From contig JAURPT010000127.1 in assembly GCA_030836535.1 (NCBI GenBank), forward strand, positions 75-64,074: 64,000 bases of DNA. The letters run 5' to 3'. The number at the start of each line of letters is the position of its first letter. Within the stretch, counting starts at the first letter, position 1. The notes under the pieces are model-generated. The model was not told where the DNA came from, did not search any database, and saw nothing but the letters and a program-made list of their open reading frames with translations. The DNA comes from Alphaproteobacteria bacterium (lineage in GTDB: Bacteria > Pseudomonadota > Alphaproteobacteria > SMXS01). Positions 9,722 through 19,709 of this stretch are shown here, piece after piece. The position numbers and the translations under genes were made by a program.

Positions 9722-9829
9722 AGTTCGACTCCCAAATCACGCTAATTTCCCTGCCCGTCAGCATGACGACGCGCCCCGCCAGCCGCAAGGCAGAATTTAC
9801 CCTTTCAGTGCGTGTCGCCAGGGACTAGG

Positions 9830-10354
9830 ATGGCGCGCGATTCAACTGTTTCAGAGGACAACACAGTGCAGATCAATGAAGAAACCCAGCGCGCGTTCCG
9901 CAACGCCCTTGGTGGTTTTCCCACCGGCGTAACAGTTGTAACCGCCCAGGGCGCAGACGGCACCCTGGCCGGCATGACCGCCTCATCCTTCAATTCGGTT
10001 TCCATGGACCCGCCACTGGTATTGTGGTCCATCACCCGCACCGCCACCTATTTCCCGGTATTCTCAGGCGCCAGTAACTTTGCCATCAACGTATTGTCCG
10101 AAGAACAGCAGGACCTGTCCAACGGCTTTGCCCGTGAAGGCGAAAAGCCATTCGCAGACTTTGCCCACACAATAGGTGAAGGCGGTGCCCCGCTGTTTGA
10201 CAATTGCACAGCTCGTTTTCAGTGCGAAACCTGGAACCAGTATGATGGCGGCGACCATGTGATCATTGTTGGTAAGGTCATCGACTTTGAAGCCTGGGAC
10301 CGCAAACCACTGGTCTTTGCCGGTGGCGGCTATCGCCAGTTGACCGAAGCCTAA
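9830..10354 (+). CDS. Flavin reductase (HpaC/NtaB-like FMN-binding split barrel)
   Basis: The hallmark segment is FRNALGGFPTGVTVVTA....G.T.SSFNSVS.DPPLVLWSI. The start is ambiguous between GTG 9812 and ATG 9830. Confidence 0.8.
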   Translation: MARDSTVSEDNTVQINEETQRAFRNALGGFPTGVTVVTAQGADGTLAGMTASSFNSVSMDPPLVLWSITRTATYFPVFSGASNFAINVLSEEQQDLSNGFAREGEKPFADFAHTIGEGGAPLFDNCTARFQCETWNQYDGGDHVIIVGKVIDFEAWDRKPLVFAGGGYRQLTEA

Positions 10355-10385
10355 ATCAGCAAACGACCAAGAGCGGGTAGAGGCG

Positions 10386-11891
10386 ATGAGCGATAATCTG
10401 TTTGAAATTCTGGAAGCACGGTTCCCGTCGGGACCGGATGCCATCGCTTTCGAACTCGAAGACGGCAGCACCATTTCTTACGACGAAATGAATGCTCGTG
10501 CCGCCCAAATGGCGAATTTGATGGTCAGCCTGGGGACCGAAACCGGCGACCGCGTGGCCGTACAGGTGGAAAAATCGACAGAATCGGTGATGCTCTATCT
10601 GGCCTGCCTGCGGGCCGGGTTGATCTACCTGCCGCTCAACTTCGCCTATACGGTTGCCGAAGTAGACTACTTCCTCGGCGATGCCACCCCTGCCATTGTT
10701 GTCTGCGACCCGGAACGTCAGGTCGACATCAAGGTCAAGGCGGCTGCCGCTGGCGCCAAGGTTGTGCTGACACTGGACGAAAACGGCCAGGGTTCACTGG
10801 TTGACCAGGCAGCAAGCCATTCTGACAGCTTCAACACCGTGCCACGCGCGGCAGATGATATCGCGGCCATTCTATACACCTCTGGCACCACAGGTCGTTC
10901 CAAAGGCGCCATGCTGACCCACGACAATCTGTCATCCAATGCATTGACGCTGGAACGTATCTGGCAATGGCGTGAAGGCGACGTTTTGCTACACGCCTTG
11001 CCGATCTTCCATGTCCACGGGCTTTTTGTTGCCCTGCACTGCATCTTTCTTGTAGGCGGCAAGTCGATCTTTCTCAGCAAATTCGATGCCGACAAAGTCA
11101 TGGATAACCTGCCGCGGTCGACCGTGCTGACCGGTGTGCCCACCTTCTATACCCGCCTGTTAGCCAACCCCGACTTTGGCAAAGAACACTGCAAAAATAT
11201 GCGCCTGTTTATGGCCGGGTCTGCACCGCTGCTTGAGGAAACCTTCAACGAGTTCAGCAAACGCACCGGGCATACGATTTTGGAACGTTATGGCATGACC
11301 GAAACAGGCATGACCTGTTCCAACCCCTATGATGGCGACCGGATTGCCGGCCTTGTTGGCCCCGAAATGCCGGACACCGTTGGCCGGGTTGCCGATGACG
11401 ACGGCAATGAGCTGCCCGACGGCGAAATTGGCGTGCTGGAAGTGAAAGGCCGCAACATCTTCAAAGGCTATTGGCAGATGCCTGAAAAGACGGAAGCCGA
11501 ATTCCGCGAAGATGGTTATTTCATTACCGGTGACATGGCCAAACGCGAACCCAACGGCTATATCCGCATTGTGGGGCGGTCTAAAGACCTGATCATCTCT
11601 GGTGGATTCAACGTCTACCCCAAAGAAATTGAAGCCTGCCTTGATAACCACGACGCCGTATTGGAAAGCGCAGTTGTCGCCAAGCCGGATACAGACTTTG
11701 GCGAGGTTGCCATTGCCTATGTCGTCCGCACCTCAGAAAGCGCGAGTGAAGAAGATCTGCGCGCCTATGCCCGTGAACAGCTGGCCAATTTCAAGGTGCC
11801 CAAGGAAGTTATCTTCCTGGATGAATTACCCCGCAACACTATGGGCAAGGTCCAGAAGAACCAACTGCGAGAGTGGGCAGCCGAACGCTGA
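10386..11891 (+). CDS. AMP-dependent acyl-CoA synthetase/ligase (malonyl-CoA-synthetase-like)
   Basis: AMP-binding motifs are ILYTSGTTGRSKGA, ERYGMTE and GDMA....GY..IVGRSKDLIISGG.NVYP. Its 501-aa size and N-terminal sequence resemble MatB-type enzymes, which is an inference. Confidence 0.8.
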   Translation: MSDNLFEILEARFPSGPDAIAFELEDGSTISYDEMNARAAQMANLMVSLGTETGDRVAVQVEKSTESVMLYLACLRAGLIYLPLNFAYTVAEVDYFLGDATPAIVVCDPERQVDIKVKAAAAGAKVVLTLDENGQGSLVDQAASHSDSFNTVPRAADDIAAILYTSGTTGRSKGAMLTHDNLSSNALTLERIWQWREGDVLLHALPIFHVHGLFVALHCIFLVGGKSIFLSKFDADKVMDNLPRSTVLTGVPTFYTRLLANPDFGKEHCKNMRLFMAGSAPLLEETFNEFSKRTGHTILERYGMTETGMTCSNPYDGDRIAGLVGPEMPDTVGRVADDDGNELPDGEIGVLEVKGRNIFKGYWQMPEKTEAEFREDGYFITGDMAKREPNGYIRIVGRSKDLIISGGFNVYPKEIEACLDNHDAVLESAVVAKPDTDFGEVAIAYVVRTSESASEEDLRAYAREQLANFKVPKEVIFLDELPRNTMGKVQKNQLREWAAER

Positions 11892-11943
11892 TCCAGCCTC
11901 TGCTTCAATAGCTTAAGGTCCGCACAAAAGAAAAGCGCGGACC

Positions 11944-11976
11944 GCCATCCCCCTGCGGTCCGCGCTGAGCCAAAGT
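11944..11976. terminator. Hairpin terminator between convergent genes
   Basis: A 12-bp stem pairs agcgcggaccgc with gcggtccgcgct. On the minus strand it is followed by TTTTCTTTTG, so it serves at least the oxidoreductase gene. Confidence 0.65.
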
Positions 11977-12019
11977 CCCCTCCCTTACAAGTCGGGTCTT
12001 TGACAGTGTCATGTTGCCT

Positions 12020-14185
12020 CTAGTCGACGACCGGTTTGATCACCACCGGGATCGAACTCTGACGCGGCATGCCAGTGATAGGATCATAATCGATATGGTT
12101 TGTCATTAGTCGATTGGTCGGTGAACCAATTTCCCGAACCGAGCCATCATTGCTGGGCAAATCACCCCAGGCATGGGTCATGGCACAGACACCACGGCCA
12201 ATTTCTTCCGTCCCCTGTGTCACACCCACGATCGAGCCACCCGGGCCCGTAATGTGCACCAAGTCACCTGACTTGATGCCCATTTCCTCAAGATCGTCCG
12301 GGTTCATATAGGCCGGGTTGGTCGTACCCTTCTTCTTGATCGCATCAAACTGCTGGCCAGAAGAATTATAGACATGCTTCAGGCGGCGAGAGATCAGCAG
12401 ATGGGTATAGTCACCATCCTTAGCCGGACGGCCCGTTTCTGTGAGCTCGAGCCCACGAATATCCGCCATTTCCTCGGCAATACCCGGTGGTGAAACATCA
12501 AGCTTGGCATCGGACTCACCAGGCTCTACGACGAATTCCAATTCCTCGAAAATGTGACCGCCGTCTTTTTCGTAAATTTCCGACAAAGGCACCTTGGTGC
12601 CCGCCGTTGTCAGTTCCAGAACGTCAAATTTTGACGGCTTGGCATCCATCGGCAGCGGGCCGCCTGCCACTTCAATTTCAGAGCCAATGCGGTTCGCCAA
12701 TTCCCAATAGAATTCCCATTCCTCGGTCAGGTCGCCATTGGGGTCCACAATCGTCTTGGCATAGTGCGAATATGGTGCGTTGTACCAAGTATCGGCCAGC
12801 ACGGGCACGTCGTCGCGCTCCAGGCAGATTTTGCCGGGCAGGATATAATCCGCCAGCTTGGCGGTGGCCGACATCTTCACGTCGATGCAAACCAAAAGGT
12901 CAAGCATATCCATGGCGCGTTTGGTTTTGTGCTGGTCCGGCCATGCCACCATCGGGTTACCACCAATGCTGAACAGAACCTTTACCTGTCCTTCGCCGGG
13001 TTCGATGATTTCATCATTCAGCACGGCGGTAGGCATTTCACCGAAGATCTGCGTCAGACCATGGATGCGGGACTTGGGCAGTCCTTCACCATAGGCCTGC
13101 CAGGGTGCGGTCACCTCGGCTTTGCGATTGCCTGCAGGCGAAAGAACACCCGGGTTGGGCACCTTGTCGCCTTCCATATTGTAACGAGCACAAAGCGTAT
13201 TCAGCGTGTGCATGAGGTGCTCGGTCAGGTTGCCATGCGGCGACATGTTGGGGCCCGTACCGCCACTGGCGATACCGCGCTTGCCGCCAGCAAAAATACG
13301 CGCGGCTTCAAGCACCTGTTCAGCAGGTATGCCAGCACGCTTTTCCACATAGTCGAGCGTATAGTCTGCAACAGAGGCCTTGAGCTGATCCAAGCCTTCT
13401 ACATATTTGCTGCAGAAATCCTTGTCGTAGAGCTCCTCTTCCAGGATCACACGGATGATGCCGGACAATAGCGTCGGGTCTTCTGCCGGGCGAACCTGCA
13501 AATGCAGGTGGGCCTTTTTGGCCACTTCGGTCCGGCGCGGATCAATCACGATGATCTTCATGCCGGACTTCACGGCATCATTCAGCGCCTTGGTGGGGCT
13601 GAACGGTGTGATACCGCCATAAGGCGAGAACTGCGAGATCACCGCATTATTACCAACAATCAGGGCAACATCGGCGCCTTCAAAGCTATGAACGCCGCCA
13701 GCCCAGACGCCGTGACGGGACATGGAGATTGCCTTGCCCGGTTGGTCGATCGTAACCGAGGTGTAGTAGGAGTCTGACCCGATCCCGGCGTGGAACGCCC
13801 GGGAGACAACGAGTGCGGCAGATTCCTGGAACGCATAGGTGCCGCAATAGCTGGCAACCGAACGCGGGCCATAATTGTCGATGCTATGTTTCGTCTTGGC
13901 TGCAATTTCATCCATTGCCTGCTGCATGGAAATTTCCTGCCAATTGCCATCCGGCAGCTTCTTGAGCGGGTTGGTAATACGCGTTTCGTGGTCGTAGGCA
14001 TCAACCAGCTGGCGGCCCTTAATGCAGCTATAACCACCATAGACGGGGTCCGACGTGTCAGCCCTTACGGCGACTGGCTTGCCATCCAGAACATCCACTT
14101 CCATGGCACAATAGTTGTGACAAAAACGGCAATAGGTTTTCTTCGTTTCGACAGCGGCGTTGGCGTCCTCGGGCAATGCACTCAC
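12020..14185 (-). CDS. Molybdopterin (Mo/W-bisPGD) oxidoreductase, cytoplasmic single-subunit type with an N-terminal 4Fe-4S site
   Basis: 721 aa. The cluster motif is C-x2-C-x3-C-x27-C (CRFCHNYC...CIKG). There is no twin-arginine signal. It has the MopB fold blocks and a C-terminal dinucleotide-binding barrel (GDLVHITGPGGSIVG). The start is GTG with a GAAGGAGG SD. Confidence 0.85.
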   Translation of the reverse strand: MSALPEDANAAVETKKTYCRFCHNYCAMEVDVLDGKPVAVRADTSDPVYGGYSCIKGRQLVDAYDHETRITNPLKKLPDGNWQEISMQQAMDEIAAKTKHSIDNYGPRSVASYCGTYAFQESAALVVSRAFHAGIGSDSYYTSVTIDQPGKAISMSRHGVWAGGVHSFEGADVALIVGNNAVISQFSPYGGITPFSPTKALNDAVKSGMKIIVIDPRRTEVAKKAHLHLQVRPAEDPTLLSGIIRVILEEELYDKDFCSKYVEGLDQLKASVADYTLDYVEKRAGIPAEQVLEAARIFAGGKRGIASGGTGPNMSPHGNLTEHLMHTLNTLCARYNMEGDKVPNPGVLSPAGNRKAEVTAPWQAYGEGLPKSRIHGLTQIFGEMPTAVLNDEIIEPGEGQVKVLFSIGGNPMVAWPDQHKTKRAMDMLDLLVCIDVKMSATAKLADYILPGKICLERDDVPVLADTWYNAPYSHYAKTIVDPNGDLTEEWEFYWELANRIGSEIEVAGGPLPMDAKPSKFDVLELTTAGTKVPLSEIYEKDGGHIFEELEFVVEPGESDAKLDVSPPGIAEEMADIRGLELTETGRPAKDGDYTHLLISRRLKHVYNSSGQQFDAIKKKGTTNPAYMNPDDLEEMGIKSGDLVHITGPGGSIVGVTQGTEEIGRGVCAMTHAWGDLPSNDGSVREIGSPTNRLMTNHIDYDPITGMPRQSSIPVVIKPVVD

Positions 14186-14363
14186 GAGCGTCCCTCCTTC
14201 AAAGCGTTGTGACTGATTTGATGATAGACTAGTGCCCGTGCAGATAGCATGGCAAGCGAAACCGGTGGAAACGGGAGACGGATTATCTGGTCTGGACCCT
14301 TCCCAACTTAGTCTCTAGTGTTTTGGCGAAATCGGGGCCACAAACGGGAAATGGGAGAGAGCC

Positions 14364-15623
14364 ATGCGGTTTGGCGTTTTCTATGAATTGCAATTGCCAA
14401 AGCCTTGGACGGAAGAAGACGAACACAGGCTGGTGCATGAAGCGCTGGACCAGATCGAGCTCGCCGACAAATTGGGCATCGACTATGCCTGGGCCGTAGA
14501 ACATCACTTTCTCGACGAATACTCACACTGCTCGTCGCCGGAAAGCCTGCTGGCCGCCGCGGCCGGACGCACCAAGAACATCAAACTGGGCCATGGGATT
14601 CGCCAGGTGATCCCGCAATACAACCATCCCTCACGATCTGCAGAAACGGTCTCCATGCTCGACCTGATCTCAAATGGTCGAGCGCAACTGGGCATCGGTG
14701 AAGGCGCCACCCGCATGGAGCTACACGGCTTCAACATTCAGGCAAAAACAAAACGCGAAGCCTCTATCGAAGCAGCCGAGCAGATCGCCAATATGATGGT
14801 GATGAACCCATACCCCGGCTTTGAGGGCGAGCATTTTTCCATGCCCTGCCGCAATGTGATTCCCAAACCGATGCAGAAACCACATCCACCCCTGTGGATG
14901 GCCTGTTCCAACCGAGACACAATCAAAGTTGCCGCCAGCCTGGGTGTTGGTGCACTGGCCTTCGCCTTTGTTGACCCTGAAGAGGCCAAACACTGGGCTG
15001 ATATTTATTACGGCATCATCAAGAGCGACGACTGTGTCCCTATCGGCCATACGGTCAATGCCAACATCGCCATGGTCTCCAGCTTCTCGGTCCACAATGA
15101 TCGGACGGAAGCCATCCGCCGGGGACAGGAGAATTTTGAATTCTTCAGCTATGCGCTCAGCTCGCTAGTCACCAAGGACACGGTACCAGGCCGGACCACG
15201 CTTTGGGACGACTATGTTGAGCTGCGCGGCAATAAGACGGAAGAGATTGTCCAGACCGCTGCGATGGACCCTGAATATTCCTCTGGCATCGGCACACCCG
15301 ATGACCTGCGCCGCCATATTGCCGAGTTCCAGGAAGCCGGGGTTGATCAGCTCATCCTGATGCAGCAGGCTGGGCGAAACCCACACGACCAGATATGCGA
15401 GTCATTGCAGCTTTTTGCAGACGACGTATTACCCTACTTCACTGAAGGTCGTGAAGAGCGGGAGGCCAAAAAAGCAGAAGAACTGGCCCCCTATATCGAC
15501 GCAGCCCTCGCCCGTAAAAACTGGATGAAAGCACTGGAAGATGACGAAATCCCGGTAATTTATTCTTCCGTCAGCCAAGTGAAATTCGCCAAGGACCGCA
15601 CGGGGCGGGTCAAGAAGCTTTAG
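14364..15623 (+). CDS. LLM-class (luciferase-like) flavin/deazaflavin-dependent oxidoreductase
   Basis: 419 aa. The N-terminus MRFGVFYELQLPKPW...LADKLGIDYAWAVEHHF is typical of bacterial luciferase-like monooxygenases. Confidence 0.85.
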   Translation: MRFGVFYELQLPKPWTEEDEHRLVHEALDQIELADKLGIDYAWAVEHHFLDEYSHCSSPESLLAAAAGRTKNIKLGHGIRQVIPQYNHPSRSAETVSMLDLISNGRAQLGIGEGATRMELHGFNIQAKTKREASIEAAEQIANMMVMNPYPGFEGEHFSMPCRNVIPKPMQKPHPPLWMACSNRDTIKVAASLGVGALAFAFVDPEEAKHWADIYYGIIKSDDCVPIGHTVNANIAMVSSFSVHNDRTEAIRRGQENFEFFSYALSSLVTKDTVPGRTTLWDDYVELRGNKTEEIVQTAAMDPEYSSGIGTPDDLRRHIAEFQEAGVDQLILMQQAGRNPHDQICESLQLFADDVLPYFTEGREEREAKKAEELAPYIDAALARKNWMKALEDDEIPVIYSSVSQVKFAKDRTGRVKKL

Positions 15624-15635
15624 GCGCCGTTAACT

Positions 15636-18386
15636 TTAGAGCCTGCCGGAGCCCGGCAGGTTCGTCTCCACCCGGTCATCGAGAATAAACCGCACCTTGC
15701 GGACCAGATCCTCATGGCTGAATGGTTTGGTCAGCAGGGGATAAGGCAACGCATTATTTTCGGCGAGATCTAAAAGCTCGTTGCTGAAACCCGACATCAG
15801 CAAGATGGCGCAGTCCGGGTCATATTGAACCGTGGCATCTGCCAGTTCGATCCCGTTACTACCCTGTGGCTGGATAATATCTGTGAGTAGCATTTCCGGC
15901 CGCAACCCGTCCCGTATCAATTGCTTTGCAATGAAGGCGTTGGGGGCTTCTTTCACATCATAGCCCCATTGTCGCAACACGCCGACAATAACATCTCGAA
16001 CAGGCGGGTCATCCTCTACAACCAGGATGGTTTCTTCCCCACCGCGCAAGGGCTCGTCCGTGTCCGGCACGGCATTGTTTACAGGGGCAGCACCTTCACC
16101 GACCGGCAAGTACAGATAGACGCCCGTGCCCTCGCCAACCGTGCTTTTGATTTCGATATGCCCGCCAGATTGCTTAATGAATCCATAGACCATTGCCAGT
16201 CCAAGCCCGGTCCCCTTGCCGGTTTCCTTGGTGGAATAGAAGGGCTCAAACACCCGCTCCAACACATCGGGCGGCATACCGGTGCCGGTATCATGCACCG
16301 CGATCATGATATAGTCGCCTGGCTGCAGCACGACATCCTGCCCGCCAAAGCCGCTCGCCTGCGTGGTCATACCGCTTTCAATACGGAGTGACCCGCCCTG
16401 CGGCATGGCGTCGCGCGCGTTGATGGACAGATTCAGCAGCGCGTTTTCAAGCAGCGCCGGGTCCACAAGCGCTTTGCCGACCGCTGCATCCAGGTCTACA
16501 GACACGTCGATGCTTGGGCCGATCGACCGACGGATCAACTCCAGCATGTCAGAAACCAAATCGTTGATAGCCGTCGGTTCAGGCTGCAGTAATTGCTTGC
16601 GCGAAAATGCCAGCAGGCGCCGCGTCAGATCTGTACCTCTACCCACCGCCCGCATGGCTGTATCCAGGTATTTTTCCTGCTTGGCATCACCCTCAATGCC
16701 AGAGCGCAGGAACTCCAGATTCCCCTGCACAGCCATCAGCAGATTGTTGAAGTCGTGGGCCATGCCGCCCGTCAGTTCGCCTACCGCCTGCATCTTCTGT
16801 GCCTGCAACAGCTGTCGTTCTGCTTCGCGCTGGTCCGTCAGGTTGACCCCTGACACCAAAATGCCCATTACACTCCCGGCTACATCCGTAATAGGCGTCA
16901 ACTCCCAGCCGATCAGTAACGTTTCACCGGTACGGCTTAGCGTTTCCACTTCCTGATAGGCGCTGAGTTCTTCCCCATAGGCCAGCTTGTTGATCAGGGC
17001 GCGCATTTTACCAACCAGCTCTGGTGCGATCATGGCATCCAGCCAGTTGCGCCCGACAAGTTCGGCCTCGGTATAGCCGGTCACTTCAGTGCCTTTGCGG
17101 TTGAGCCGCGACACCCGCCCCTGCCGGTCCAAAGCCAGCATAATGGACGATGCCACTTCAAGATATTGCTCGGCACGTTCCTTTTGCTGTTCCAGCCCGC
17201 GGTTCGCTTCAATTCGCTCGGTAATATCGACCGTTATGCCCTCAAGCGCCTCAATTTCGTCGAACTTGTTGTAGATGGGCGTACCCTGCTGCATCACCCA
17301 TTTGGTCTGGCCGTCGCGGGCAATCACACGATAGTTCACACGAAATGGGCGCCGCCCCGTTACCGCATTGAGAACATTCTGCCTTACCTCGGCAAGGTCT
17401 TCCGGGTGAATGAGACTGGCATAGTCGACGTCAAGATTATCAACCAGGGAATCCGGCGTATAACCCAACAAGTCCCTGCAGCCGCGCGAAATGATCTCCA
17501 TCGAGAAAAAAGCATTGTGTTTGCATCGAAATGCAAACCCGCCCGGCAGATTGTCCATAAGGCTCGCCAACTGCCGACGGCTGACGCTCAGCGCCTCTTC
17601 AGCCTGTTTCTGTTCAGTCAAATCGGTACAGGACAGCATCACGCCCAAACGCCGTCCCTGGTGATCACGCACAATATTGGCCGCTACCCGCAAGTGGACG
17701 GACCGACCATCCTGCACCGTGATGTCGACATAGCCGTACCACCTGCTGTCTTTACGCAGCCCACGCACGGCCTGTCGCAGAACCGAACGATCCTGAACAA
17801 GTGGCAGAAAATCTGCGCCCACGAGGTCCGTGGTATCATCCAGTCCTAGCATTTCCGCAAAAGCTGCATTGCCATAGGCAAGTCGTCGATTACCCTCGAT
17901 CATCGCCATGGGGCCCAACGCAGATGCCAGCGCCAATTGTTGCACTGTCGACAGGTCCGGTTGCCTCTGGTCGGCATCCAGGATTTCTGTCGTCATGACA
18001 ACGCCGCTCGGTTGGGACGCATCTTCTCCCCAGGGTTTCAGCGACCAGCGCATGCGAACGGCCTGCCCGTCCCGTCGAGCAAATGTGTCTATGGCTGAAA
18101 TAACTTCACGGGTTTCCAGACATGAATCAATCACGCCCTGCCAACGCCTGGCCGCGTCAGGCATCACATCGTAAAAATGCTGTCCCTCTATCTGCTGATT
18201 TGCCAGACCATAGTCCTGTATCCAACGATCATTGACCGCCAAAAACCGGACGTCATGATCAAAGATAGCCATGGCATAGGGAATCTCTGCCGCGAATAAC
18301 CCCGCCAGCACACCGGCATTGCCAGTCTGTGCAGATCGTCGAGACGAAAATGGCGACAGGGCCTGAAGGATATTGCCATTACTCAA
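15636..18386 (-). CDS. Cytoplasmic multi-PAS hybrid sensor histidine kinase (PAS x4-5, HisKA, HATPase, REC)
   Basis: The H-box is GGMAHDFNNLL. The ATPase G-boxes are HDTGTGM and GKGTGLGLAMVYG. The C-terminal receiver is ILVVEDDPPVR...LLTDIIQP. No transmembrane segments are apparent. Confidence 0.9.
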   Translation of the reverse strand: MSNGNILQALSPFSSRRSAQTGNAGVLAGLFAAEIPYAMAIFDHDVRFLAVNDRWIQDYGLANQQIEGQHFYDVMPDAARRWQGVIDSCLETREVISAIDTFARRDGQAVRMRWSLKPWGEDASQPSGVVMTTEILDADQRQPDLSTVQQLALASALGPMAMIEGNRRLAYGNAAFAEMLGLDDTTDLVGADFLPLVQDRSVLRQAVRGLRKDSRWYGYVDITVQDGRSVHLRVAANIVRDHQGRRLGVMLSCTDLTEQKQAEEALSVSRRQLASLMDNLPGGFAFRCKHNAFFSMEIISRGCRDLLGYTPDSLVDNLDVDYASLIHPEDLAEVRQNVLNAVTGRRPFRVNYRVIARDGQTKWVMQQGTPIYNKFDEIEALEGITVDITERIEANRGLEQQKERAEQYLEVASSIMLALDRQGRVSRLNRKGTEVTGYTEAELVGRNWLDAMIAPELVGKMRALINKLAYGEELSAYQEVETLSRTGETLLIGWELTPITDVAGSVMGILVSGVNLTDQREAERQLLQAQKMQAVGELTGGMAHDFNNLLMAVQGNLEFLRSGIEGDAKQEKYLDTAMRAVGRGTDLTRRLLAFSRKQLLQPEPTAINDLVSDMLELIRRSIGPSIDVSVDLDAAVGKALVDPALLENALLNLSINARDAMPQGGSLRIESGMTTQASGFGGQDVVLQPGDYIMIAVHDTGTGMPPDVLERVFEPFYSTKETGKGTGLGLAMVYGFIKQSGGHIEIKSTVGEGTGVYLYLPVGEGAAPVNNAVPDTDEPLRGGEETILVVEDDPPVRDVIVGVLRQWGYDVKEAPNAFIAKQLIRDGLRPEMLLTDIIQPQGSNGIELADATVQYDPDCAILLMSGFSNELLDLAENNALPYPLLTKPFSHEDLVRKVRFILDDRVETNLPGSGRL

Positions 18387-18497
18387 GGCAATTGCCCCTT
18401 CAATAAAGTTTCAGCTGGAACCAGAGTAACAAGAAAGGCAGAGACACCAAAGAAAATTAGCCCACTTCATACTGCAGGTTGGGGCGACACTAGCCGG

Positions 18498-19709
18498 TCA
18501 CACCATATTTAGTGTCTCTTGCAGACTGTCGGCGGGTTGTGGTCGACTGTAGTAATACCCTTGGCCATAGTCACATCCCAGGTCGCTCAGTGCGTTACCC
18601 GTCGAGAGGGATTCCACCCCTTCAGCACAGATATCCATGCCCAGATTGTGGCCCAGACTGATGATCGACCGGACAATTGTAAACGCCTCATCCGAGGCTT
18701 CCATCTCACTCACGAATGATCTGTCGACCTTCAATTCTGTAAACGGCATGCGATATAGCTGAATAAGCGACGAATACCCGGTGCCGAAGTCGTCAAGCGA
18801 CAGACCAAAACCCTTCAGACGGAAGCGCGTCAGCACCTCCATAATATGCGCGGCATCGGCCATGGTGGCTGACTCTGTCATCTCCAGCACAATCTGGTCG
18901 GTGGTAACCCCTTGGGCGGCAGCTTCATCCACCAGAATATCCGGCAAATCCAAATTCCCCATCAGGCGCGGCGATATATTGATGGATGCACTCATTTTGT
19001 GACCACGCTTGTTCCAGTCTCCCAGAACTTTCACCACACTGCGGTAGATTGAGAATGTCAGATTCTGAATCAGGTCGTTTTCTTCTGCCATCGGGATGAA
19101 GATTGAGGGCGGGATAAAACTACCGTCTGCCAGCTTCCAACGGGCCAGGGCCTCGAAGCCAACCACTTCGTATTCGATGCTTTCTGCCCGCAGGCCTACC
19201 ACTCCAGACGGCACCTGATAACCAATCTGCGGCTTAGGTGTAATGCGCACCTTGGGCTGCAGATGCACGTCGACGCCACGCGCGGACACAATGTCGCGCA
19301 ACGCTTCTTCTGAAACAGCCTCTTCCGACCTGACGGCACGCTTGATTTCAGACTTCAGCGCAGAGATTGAAACAGGCTTGGAAAGCACTCCTTCAACATT
19401 CAGCCCCAAGGAAAGCCCCAGGCGCTGCGCCGTCTGTACAACTTTAGGGTCGAACCCACTCATCAGCAGGATATTCGTCTGACACTTCTGGCCGGCGAGA
19501 TACCGAAGCACCTGAATGCCGTCGACACCTGGCATCACCAGATCAATCAGGATCAGGTCCGGCTGAGAGCGCGCCATGATATTCTTGAACGTCTCAAATT
19601 CGTTTGCTGCCTCAGCAACAATGCCAACCTGTTGCGCCGCCTCGACCACCAATTCAGTGATGAGGTCGTCGTCATCAAGTACAACGAGTTTCTTGGGTTC
19701 GCTATTCAA
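18498..19709 (-). CDS. Response regulator with an EAL c-di-GMP phosphodiesterase output domain
   Basis: The receiver is LVVLDDDD...LILIDLVMPG...LMSG...SKP. The EAL domain shows FEALARW, DDFGTGYSSL and ICAEGVE. It lies directly upstream of the hybrid kinase on the same strand. Confidence 0.9.
   Translation of the reverse strand: MNSEPKKLVVLDDDDLITELVVEAAQQVGIVAEAANEFETFKNIMARSQPDLILIDLVMPGVDGIQVLRYLAGQKCQTNILLMSGFDPKVVQTAQRLGLSLGLNVEGVLSKPVSISALKSEIKRAVRSEEAVSEEALRDIVSARGVDVHLQPKVRITPKPQIGYQVPSGVVGLRAESIEYEVVGFEALARWKLADGSFIPPSIFIPMAEENDLIQNLTFSIYRSVVKVLGDWNKRGHKMSASINISPRLMGNLDLPDILVDEAAAQGVTTDQIVLEMTESATMADAAHIMEVLTRFRLKGFGLSLDDFGTGYSSLIQLYRMPFTELKVDRSFVSEMEASDEAFTIVRSIISLGHNLGMDICAEGVESLSTGNALSDLGCDYGQGYYYSRPQPADSLQETLNMV

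Noticed and set aside
14186-14363. A Moco riboswitch upstream of the molybdoenzyme genes (also checked at 44496..44746)
   Set aside because: Neither leader, read on the minus strand, contains the conserved Moco-motif elements that I remember. No convincing multi-stem structure stood out beyond the 9-bp hairpin reported separately.
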